64,000 nucleotides of DNA. Source: Vicugna vicugna (Eukaryota). Position numbers and translations under genes: made by a program. How positions within the stretch are numbered: position 1 is the stretch's first letter; the number at the start of each line of letters is the position of its first letter. Below are positions 12,657-22,560 of the stretch, piece by piece. The stretch spans positions 505,919 through 569,918 of the forward strand of contig MU058017.1 in assembly GCA_013265495.1 (NCBI GenBank), read 5' to 3'. The notes under the pieces are model-generated. The model did no database searches. It saw nothing but the letters and a program-made list of their open reading frames with translations, and was not told the origin of the DNA.

Positions 12657-15600
12657 CCCAGACTCAGTGTCCGACCCTAAGTGTTATGTCACATATCCCC
12701 AAAGCCAGAATTTAAAGCAAACTCTGGAGAAAATTGTTTTACATCAATTACTTCCTTATTGTCTGTAATTTTCAGTCATATAATTAGATCAATCACATTC
12801 CTGTTCAACAGATACTTTATTCTAAAAAGTTACAAGGAGATTAGTTCAGATACCATTGTAGCTAAATAAATGAAGGGCTGAGGAAAGACACCAGCATACA
12901 GTATCAGATTATTAAAATTTTTGTTACAATTTGGATGTCTTTTTTTTTTTTTACTTGGATTCTTATCTGCTTCCTTTTAAAAATTGAACTTAATAAAGTC
13001 ACTCTAGAATTATTAGGATAGCTTCTTTCACTTTTATTGTTCTTTGGAAGGGCCACATTTCTGCAGAAACAGGATTATGCTCAGGAGGCAGAATTCTTTA
13101 TATTTCGATTGTGTTATAGGTCAATCACCATTTTGTTGAATTAAAGTCGTATTCCTATTTCTAAGTTGTTTATGCATTTTTATTGTATTACATATTGCTT
13201 TAAAATAAGCATGGTTTTTGGTTAGTAATCCTTTTGTTAGAGTAGATTTTCTTATTTTAAAGGCTTTTGCCTTAATAGGATTAAAACTGTGTCACCATTT
13301 AAAGCCAAGTTTCTGCTGCTTGCTATAAAAGTTTGCCATTTTCCTATCCCTTTTTATAGTACTTTGTACAAATCCTGTACCTCTTATCTTATCTGCTCTT
13401 GAACTTATGGCAGCTTGGCATGAACATGTGCTTAAGGGAGTCTCCTAACATAGAAGAAAACAATTTTAAAATCTCTAACATGCAACATGTTTTGTGTTCC
13501 TCTTCAAGGTAAAACAATTGCAGGGTATTTTGTTTTTCTGGGAGTATTGTTGATACTTGTTTTTTCTGTTTTATTTCTTGCTTCTTTTCAGTCTGTTTGA
13601 TATCTGCCCTAAGGAGGTCCAGTGTTTTTTCTTTGCATTAGCATAATTATCAGTGATGAATGTCACCCAGCATAACTGCTTTTCCTGACCCTATGTATAC
13701 CATTGTCATCTCTTAGCACATTTGCTCACATATCTTGACTGAATGGCCTTTCTTTCCTTCATTCACTCATTCTCTGTTCAGTTAACATTACCTGCTAATG
13801 TCAGGCATAGCGCTAAGCACCGTTCACGTTTTCCCACTGCACCGTCCACCTGTTACTGCCCTGTACTTTCCTCTGAACTATCTCTTAAATTGCTTTTGTA
13901 TCTCAGTTTCATCATCTTCTTTTGTAGTCCACTCCTTCAGCTAATCTCTTAAGCTTTCCTTTAACTTAGACTTTTCCACTTCAGGTTTTTAATTCACCTG
14001 ACCTCCCCACCTTCTCCCTGTGTCACTTGCCTGCTGGGACTGCTGTACGTCGTCCCTCTCTTTGACTTGCATAGCTCAATTCTGCCCAGGCTTCCAGCTC
14101 CTTCTCCTCACCCGTGAAATTGAAGTAGGCCAGGGGCATTTGTACAGTGGCATCAGTACATTGAAGTGGCCTTGGCTGGATGAGCGTGGAGAATGGCAGC
14201 TCCTTTGCTCTTGCTCTGCTCTCTACACCAGGACAGCCAGCTAAAGTACTGTCCTTAGTGAGGAGGATTTCTTGCAGGGTCACACCTCCATTTCTTCGTG
14301 CAAAATCGCAGAGAATGTTGTGTCATGCTCTATGTAGAATTTTTTTTTTCTACTTGGATCTTTGTGAGATATAGCAGTCTTCCCTGTCAAAAATGCCTTA
14401 TTTGTCGTCATTGTATTATTCTGTGCATGCTGAATTACAGTCATGTCTTTCACTTGATTCAGTGAGTTTTCAGCATATTGAAAAGAATTGCTTTAGCTTA
14501 TTGCCAGGGGACTTAGTCCCACCTTGTAGATGACTGGTTGAATTCAGTTTTCTGTAGTTGGACATACTGATGGATTATCAGAACTGGAAGGGACCTGAAG
14601 AATTATTCAGCTCTTCTGTTTTACATATTAGAAACTCAAGGCCTAGACTGATGAATGCCAAGCCCAGTTTCAAATGAGTGAGGTAGAATTGGAATTTGAG
14701 CCTTCTAATCCCAAACTTTTGTTGAATCAACTGATTTTTCTATAGCATTGATTTAGGGAAGAGATGTGATTAAAGAATGTCCTTTGGGATGATAAATTGT
14801 TGTTGAATTTTTTTTAAACATCCAAGACTGTGATTCATATCTCCCTAAAAGATCTCAATATTAGTGACCTTTGACTCTCAAATGTCCTGATTGCTCTAGA
14901 AAGCAGCAATTCCAATCTAAAATAGTTTGCTTTACAAGCCTAACAGTGCTGTTCTGTGGCCTGATATATGCAGGAGTGGCAACTTACTAGAAAAAATGGG
15001 ATGGAAAACTAAGTTCCAGTAGTCATGTGTTCATACTACATCAGCGATTATCAGGTAGGCCACTCAAAGGATGTGTTTGGCTATTACTCATTTTTGTTGT
15101 TCATTTCCTCCTTGTAACTAAGAATTACCACTTTTTTTTTTCTTCTTGGTCATAGAGAAGGCATAGTTTTAGACCTTAAAGTATGATTCTAATTGTCTTG
15201 CCATTTTGATGGAAATAATCTAATTTTCTTGAAGCAAATTAGGAATTCTTGATAGCACATCTTCTTAGGAAATATGATTCAATAAAGTTCTGTGGAATGA
15301 AGGATTACTTCTGGGTTCACCAGAAAACTTTTGAACTGTCCTAATGAATTCAGTCTGTCTGAGGCTAATGATAGATAGTCCAGTTTGGGGTTGGATTACA
15401 AATAGGATGAGGAATTGAGAAGATCTGGCTGGGGTGTCTGGGTCTGTGATTGTGTGCATATGTGTATACATGTATAGGTAAAATAATTGTAGATCTGCTG
15501 CTCTTTCAGGATGATATTTACCAGTTCCAGCAACCTGTGAGTGAACCATCTGTCAGTTTACTGCCTCACCATTTCCTGGAGAGATGTCCCTTCCTCTTTG

Positions 15601-15673
15601 GCCTTCCATACTGGTAACCAGCTTTCCAGATATTTCTGTAGGTGAACGTATCCAGGCAGTGCGTTGGCATGAC

Positions 15674-15865
15674 TTACCTCTTCCCTCCTATGTGGAGGAA
15701 AGTGTTAGAGGTGACAGTCCTTATGACGTGTAGCTTCTTACAGCCAGGTTGTTGAATAGTCTTATCCATGGGCCCTGGGGGAGCTTTAGGGGAAAGCTTA
15801 CTGATGCCTGTAGATTTTGGTTTAGGGATCCGTGTTGGAATTCTCTGCTTGGATACCTCTTTGAT
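15674..15865 (-). CDS. FILIP1L: Putative FILIP1L alternative terminal coding exon, 63 aa: IKEVSKQRIPTRIPKPKSTGISKLSPKAPPGPMDKTIQQPGCKKLHVIRTVTSNTFLHIGGKR*
   Basis: The minus strand shows a branch-like CATTAAC, a pyrimidine tract (taccttttgttcttctgttt) and AAG|ATC at 15866/15865. A 63-codon open frame in phase 0 matches the ACA|GTAAGT donor at 31792/31791. PTRIP and the terminal GGK resemble the recalled C-terminus of the paralog FILIP1. Confidence 0.78.
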   Translation of the reverse strand: MKEVSKQRIPTRIPKPKSTGISKLSPKAPPGPMDKTIQQPGCKKLHVIRTVTSNTFLHIGGKR

Positions 15866-17138
15866 CTTGAATTAAACAGAAGAACAAAAGGTAGTTAATG
15901 GTACAGTTGATGGAGAAGTGGACATTGTTCAGGACGTAGAGTCAGCTTGGAGATTTTGGCTTTTTGAAAACACTAGGTTCTGGGGACACATCACATTAAA
16001 GATTGTTAAGTTGAAGAAAACATTTTAGTAAAGCAGTTCTGCCAACAAGTGTTGAGTGTGTGCTGTGTGCAGGGCCCTCAAAAGTAGATAAAGTGTCATG
16101 AGATTGCCAGAGAAAGGTTGATTTCAACTGAAGGGTCTAAGAGAGCTTCACAAAGAAAGTAGCATTTGACTTGGGCCTCCAAAGACTTTTAGGATTTTTA
16201 ACGGCAGGAATGGGAGGGCATTTCAGAGTAAAGGAATACTTTTGATAATGTCCCTGAGATAGGAAATCCAGCACAGTTGAGAAATGGAGTGACTTCAAAT
16301 TGGGTTGTATTTGGGATGCAGAATGGGAATTAGACTGGGGCTAGATAGGGAAAATTGTATCTGATTCTACAGATAGTGTGTATATGTGGCGGAGGATAGT
16401 GAGAACATAGGTTGGGAGAAGTCACATTGTGGGGTAGAATTGTATTAATATGTGTTCCTAGTTAACATATGAGTGGTGAGAGAGGAATCATAGACAGGTT
16501 GAATGATCTAGACTAGGAATGTGAGTTGTGGAGTGAAGGCTTGATTTACTTCATATTTGCTTAGAAATATATTCTTATTTTCATTTATTTAGGAAAAATA
16601 CTCTTGGATAAGAATACTTATTGGGAAAGAGATGGGGAAAAATTCTCAGCTAACTGTAGTTCTCCTATTATAAACCACTCAAGATGTTGTTGATGATGAT
16701 GATGATTTTTTCTCCCTCATGTTGCGTCATCCTTTCCTTACCGGGAGCTCAAAAATAGAAATCTTTAAAAAATGCACTATAGTTTTCATCCTAGATTTCT
16801 AATATTGTTTTTATGGAAACCCATCTTATATTGTTTTTCATTCTATAGAAATTTGTCTCCACATTTGCATATTATACTGAGAAAGTAAAGTCCCTTGATC
16901 TCTTTATGTAAATATTCACTTATTTTAAAACCCCCTAACTTCTATGGCAACCATATTTAGATTTGCAAATAAACACTACACAGAGTTGGCTAAAAATATG
17001 AGTCCTTCAATGAAGGCTAAACTTTATGCAGAACGTGCTTTCTTTTGGTATATTTAGTCAATCTTCTCTATGCCTAGGCGCTAGAAGAGTTTTTTAGGCT
17101 TTAGTGTTCTTATGGACATTTAAAAAAAATTTAATCCT

Positions 17139-17348
17139 TGCAGATACTAACTACTGTATATAAAATAGATAAACAACAAGTTTATACTGCGTAGCCTGGG
17201 GAACTATATTCAATATTTTATAGTAACCTACAATGAAAATGAATATGAAAATGAATATATGTATGTATATGTATGACTGAAACATTATGCTGTACATCAG
17301 AAATTGACACAACATTGTAAACTGACTATACCTCAATAAAAAAAAAAA
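17139..17348 (+). mobile_element. 5'-truncated L1 3' end (cetartiodactyl-type)
   Basis: Typical L1 3'UTR end (ataaaatagataaacaacaag...aactgactatacctcAATAAA + poly A). TSD aaaaaaa(t)ttaatcct on both sides, inserted at a TTT/AAAA endonuclease site. Confidence 0.85.
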
Positions 17349-18632
17349 TTAATCCTAAACATAGTAAGTGAGATGTTGATACTCTGATCATTCTCTTCCA
17401 GAAAATAATTAGAGATGCAGGCAAGGCTCTTCGTTTTAACATTTAGAATGATGACAAATGGACACAGTTGAAGACTCCAACAATCAGGATGGAGTAAATG
17501 AATTACACTATAATCATGTGAAGATATTATGCTGTCTTTAAATAATGATGCTTTTGAAGATGGAAAATGTGTATCCAGAAATGTTAAAAGCAGGATTAGA
17601 TTATATACATGCTTTAACTATGTATATTTGAAGAGAAAATACTAGGAGAAAATATACCAGTGCTATCAGTGGTTAACACACTAGTTAGTGGAGTTATAGA
17701 TGCTTTTTATTTTTCTTATGTTTTCTAAATTCTCTACATTTTCTGTAAGTATACAATTTAAAAAAACAACACTAAGTTATATTAAGGCATAAAAAAGGAA
17801 GGAAACACTTCAAAAATGAGCACATTTCTGTGAACATCTACCATATTGTCTAAACGATGAGTAGCAGCTGCAATTGAAATCATAATTTAAGTCAGCTGAT
17901 CTTGTGACCATAGCATTAATAATAGCCTTTCCAAGGTATAGATTTCAGTGATGTCCTTTACTTTGTCAAGATTTAGATTGGTTGTCCTATTTAGTGTACA
18001 GAAATCTATGTTGAGATTCTACTTAAATTGTAGATTCCTCAGCCTTACCTCTAGAAACTAATTCCTTTGTCTGTGAATGCACCCAGAATCCACATTTTTA
18101 ATCAACTCTCAGGGTGATCTATTTGATGTAGGTGGTCAGCCTAACATACTTTGAGAAACACTTTCATTTTTGAACCTCATTTAAACTTAAGCTCTAAGTT
18201 TTCTTTCACTTGGAACTCTGGCCTGCCTGAGTGTGAGAGGTTCAGCACTGTTAAAGGCCAGAGCTCCGTGGCCCAGTGGTCCTAGATGCTTATCAGAACC
18301 ACTGATGGGGCTTTTAAAACACTGCAGATACCCATATCCCATCTTGGAGTCTACTGACTCAGATTGTCAAGGAACGTGATATGGGTACCACAGGTTATTC
18401 AGAACTGAAATCTGTCCAATAAACCAGTTGATATGGAACGCAGTTTTGGTGGGGCTTGTTTCTTGTAAGCTCTACAGACATGTACTGGTGAAGACCGTGT
18501 GGCTTGGAATGGTGGTCATTGGTAAGGTCAGCTGTCCAAAAGTTCCTGGACTCCCATTGTTTCTACACCATTGATGCTGCAACCTTATTTTGTATTTTCT
18601 TGATAACTTCTGATTCCATTACATAGTTTTTA

Positions 18633-18647
18633 CCTCTAGATGGCAGC
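18633..18647 (+). promoter_or_regulatory. Candidate CTCF site
   Basis: CCTCTAGATGGCAGC fits the CTCF core CCWSYAGRKGGCRS. Motif evidence only. Confidence 0.5.
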
Positions 18648-19081
18648 AAAGGTTGGTTATTTTATTAGGACAACTAAATGTCATTCCCAAATCTTAAAAA
18701 AAAAAAAATTCAGGTTTTGTTTCCTTGCATGAATTTTATACTTGGACATATTTCAGCTAATGAGGTATAAGGCTTTAAAATGTGTCATCTCTTGGATCAC
18801 TTTTATAGAACATTATGTCAAATAGCTCCAAGAAAGTTTTATCCAAACTTGAAGTGCATATTGCAAGAGGAATCCATGCATATGGCTCTTTTAAGACCAC
18901 ACAGTGAATGTTCTACTCAGAGTTGGAGGTTCCTGGGTTTCATCAGAGAGCAGATGTCTTGGAGGAGATTAAGCAAGTTGGAGAACTCATTCATAGAAGA
19001 AAAGATAAAAAAAGTTTTTTTAACATAGTTCAACATGGAGATTGGGATTTGGAGTGGATTATAGTCTGAAAGGTGCTGAGT

Positions 19082-19108
19082 TCAGTGAGGCAGAGGCATT
19101 GGTTTGAT
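19082..19108 (-). pseudogene. FILIP1L: Non-spliceable counterpart of a short FILIP1L terminal exon (IKPMPLPH*), with AC at the acceptor position
   Basis: Minus strand reads tactctttttttctttcttctgttccctAC|ATC AAA CCA ATG CCT CTG CCT CAC TGA. The 8-codon length and P..LPH* ending match the recalled human isoform tail VEPLLLPH*, but AC stands where AG is required. Confidence 0.6.
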
Positions 19109-19357
19109 GTAGGGAACAGAAGAAAGAAAAAAAGAGTATATTATGTAGTATATAAGAAGTATACAATAATTCATTATAGAGTATATAAGAATTCATTAAA
19201 TTCTTAAAATGTTGGCTTATTTGGTCCACAGCTTCTAAAAGAAACTGAGCAATCTATGAGATGCCCTGGTTATAGCAAGTCATTAGATGGCATTGAGTTT
19301 TAGTGACCAAAAGAAGTATGGAAAGGTGAAAATGTTTTGTTCAAAATCTTAATTCTA

Positions 19358-19444
19358 GGTAAAGGGAACTAGCTCAATAGTAGAGTGCTTGCTTAGCATG
19401 CACGAGGCCCTGGGTTCAATCCTCAGTACCTCCATTAAAAAAAC
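19358..19444 (+). mobile_element. tRNA-Ala-derived SINE (camelid Vic-1-like)
   Basis: A box TAGCTCAATAG, B box GGGTTCAATCC, tRNA-Ala-like body (gcttagcatgcacgagg) and A-rich tail. Target-site duplication aatcttaattcta (19345-19357) / aatcttaatacta (19445-19457). Confidence 0.85.
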
Positions 19445-20689
19445 AATCTTAATACTATGGCCCAATTTCTGCTTGAGCCTTGTGCTCCCTCACATTATCA
19501 TGAAGGGCAACATCACAAGAAAATCAGCATTTATGAGGAAGCTATCTGATCCTAGTTAGACAGCTGGAGTCAGGATGTTTCTTTTCTCTAAATGAAATTA
19601 ACTTTGTAAGTGCTTTGAACTTTCTGCAGATGTATTGGCAGCATATTGTATAAGAAAGCTGTGTTCCCTCAGGAGTATTCCTGCATTCAGGGACTGCAGG
19701 ACCCCTCGTTACACCTTCAGCTCTAGAGGTTGAAAGGCTCAAGACTCCCAAAGGCCTTGGATTGTTTTGGTTTGTGGTCACTGGGGTGGTACAGGGAGAG
19801 GGCTGTCTGACTCTCAGGGACCCAGCTCTGGAATGCTTGGTCAAGGCTATGAGTTATCAGAATGGCAGAGTTTTGTATTTTTGTTTTTATCTGTTTACTG
19901 GGAAAGTACGTAAGTAATGATGATGGATTATGGTAATGAAAAGGAGGAAATGCTAAACTGGAGAAAAAATATCTTTGAAATATTATTGTCTTCTTTTGTT
20001 TTTTGTATTGTTTGGTAAATCACTGCTAATTTTTTAAAAGGAAATAACAGATAATGAATCTGGCAGATAGCCCAGAGTTTCATATGCTGCTTTGGCTTTT
20101 TTCTCTTGATTTTCTCAGAACTTCTTCATTATACAACAAAACTTTATCACTAAAGGTTTTATAATTTTATATGGCAAGGAGCCCTTCAGAAGGAAACTAT
20201 AGTTTCATTAGCTTATTCCTACTGAGCTCTTGTGAGAGAACATTTGGTTTTAAATAGGGTTGCAGTGCTATGGTTTATAGTTTAGAGTTGTCCAGTTTCT
20301 TAGGTGAGGGTTAGAGGAAATTGATGCCTTTGTTTTATAATGTAACATGGTCTGTGATTGTACCTAGTCACCTCCCAGTCTCCCTGTAGTAATTACACCA
20401 TGGGCAGTGAGGGCAGTCCAAGAATAAGCATTGAAATATAGTTTTCAAAAATCCTTCCTAACCTAGTTGCTTTTATTTTGTGCCCATATACAGCATTACC
20501 TGTAGAAATAGACTGTTAAATACACTAACCTTGAACTGCTGTCTTGTTTATCACTTTTCTTCTTATTCATCTGTCAGGGTTTTCACCTCAGCTTTTTTCC
20601 TTCTTTTTTCATACCCACCCTACTCTTTCTCATTCCTTCATTGCATCCATGTAATTTTTTAAAATTGTTCACAGGCTTACATTTTACAG

Positions 20690-20945
20690 CAGCCTTGGGT
20701 TAGTGGCTAGAGTGCAAACTGTGGAGTCAAATAAACCTAGGTGAGTCTCCATTCTGGTTCTGGCACCAACTAGCTGTGTGTCTTTGAGCAAGCCAGTTTG
20801 CCTGTGCAGACCTTAGTTTCCTCATCTGTAACCCTTATTTGGGGATTAGAATACCTACCTGCAAGTTCTTTGGTGGGGAAAAAGATACTGTGTAGGAAAG
20901 TCCTTGGCACATCCAAAGAGTTATTAGGGAAGTGTTAGTTGTTAC
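20690..20945 (+). mobile_element. MIR SINE
   Basis: ctagctgtgtgtctttgagcaag...cttagtttcctcatctgtaa core. Confidence 0.75.
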
Positions 20946-21489
20946 TAATGTCAGCATTATTATCTTTGTCTTTTTCCTTATATCTAGTCTTAAGATGCCT
21001 TTTTCTTGATCATAACTATAACTTAACCTTCTTTGCTTATTTTACCTTTCTTATTTTTCTGCTTTGTCCCTTGTTGTGTCATCTCTCCAGTTAATTATGG
21101 GAGATATGTTGCTAAGCATAGCAGCTGTGGCAGCAGACCGAGCAGTGGCAATTACTGGACTGTGTTTCTAACCACCACTGGCCCAGAAAAGAACCACGTC
21201 ACACATCCTTTTCCCTCCTTATCCTACTTGGTTTGTTCATTGTGAATCTGTTTTTCAGAGTTCACTTGAAAACATATTATTTTCTACTCTTTCTTGTCTT
21301 TTTCTATCTTTTAGGTGTTTGAAAAAAATGAAGCAGTTATACAAACTTTAAAGTCCTTTGACCCTGACATTCAGTGATTCCTTGAAAAGAACAAATGTAA
21401 GCCAGCTGTGGCCACCAGGTGTGTTGTTAGACATGTGCACCTCTGTTGAGCACCAACTACCAAGAATGTACAAGTTCTGGATAATGTAG

Positions 21490-21648
21490 GACAATGATTC
21501 TTAAACTTTATAAGCCCAGGAAATGACCCAGGCAGCTTGTTGAGATGCAGATTCCCTGCATTGGATTTCATAGGTCTGGGTATGTGGAAGTCTGCAGAGT
21601 TCTAGGTGATTCTGATAAAGACGATCAGTGACTGCATTTTGAGAAATA
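21490..21648. mobile_element. MER5-type hAT MITE
   Basis: caatgattcttaaactt...gatgcagattccctg...ggtgattctgat...tttgagaaa. Confidence 0.65.
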
Positions 21649-21679
21649 TTAATATATGAATTTCAGAAATAAATGATAC

Positions 21680-22560
21680 CTGATTCTTACTCTCAAGATT
21701 ATAGTATAGGATGAGTAACTAATAATTATAAGAGGAGGCAAAATGAAATGCTATAGTAGGATACTAACTGAAGTGTTTTGGAAACTCAGAGAAAGATTGA
21801 AAAATAAGGAGTTTTCTAGAGGAAATGGCTTACTCCTTGAGACTGGAGTAAGATTTCAATACAAGGAACAAAGAGAGAAGTGCATTACAGCCCTAGGAAC
21901 AGCATGAGCAGAAAAGTACAGGGTCAAAAGTATGTGGTATGTGGGAGGATGGTCAGTACTGTGTTCTGGTGAGAGTGCAGGTTATTTCCAGAATTTCAAG
22001 GAGAGATGACATGAGAGATGGAAGCCTGGTAGAAGGTTTAGATTTGGGTCACTTGGTAATGTAAGTGCTAAGTAAGCGCTGTTTTATGGGGAGGGAGTGA
22101 GAATTGCCAGGACAGTGTTGTAGAAAGATCACCAGCAACACAAATGAAAGTTGAATTAGAGGTAAGTGATTAAATGTAGTAGATTAACTATCTTACAGTA
22201 GCATCTGTATTGAGTTCTGGATTTGGACAGTAGTAGAACAAATAAAAGAGGGAAGGCAGAGGAAGAAATACTAGGGCAGGGTGACTGATTGGACCTGGGG
22301 GGGTGAGCATAAAAGTGGAGAGTGGTACCCAGATGTTGAACCTGGGCAACAGAGAAGGTGGTGGCCATCACCAAAAGTGAGGCAAAAAGCAATCCAAGAG
22401 CGACAGTGCACTGGAATGTGGGCACACACCAAGTTTGAAGTGTAGTTGGACCTTCCATGTGGAACTGTTTGGTAGGCATTGAAAACTTGGAGATGTTGCC
22501 TTGAGAATCATCACAGAAAATTTGTTGATACCATTCAAGTGGCTGAGACAGCCCAGGAAG
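21680..22560 (-). mobile_element. L2 LINE fragment
   Basis: Purine-rich, diverged reverse L2 sequence (agcatgagcagaaa, ccttccatgtggaactgtttggtaggcattg). Confidence 0.55.

Noticed and set aside
15265..15549. 94-aa minus-strand ORF just downstream of the candidate terminal exon
   Set aside because: It crosses a degenerate (CA/TA) tract and has no clear acceptor or homology. It is more likely 3'UTR.
19105..19200. U12-type (AT-AC) intron explanation for the AC acceptor
   Set aside because: No TCCTTAAC-like branch site upstream, and the available donor is a U2-type GTAAGT.
19363..19433. tRNA-Ala gene
   Set aside because: The arms are mutated, and it has an A-tail and a flanking target-site duplication, so it is a SINE copy rather than a tRNA gene.
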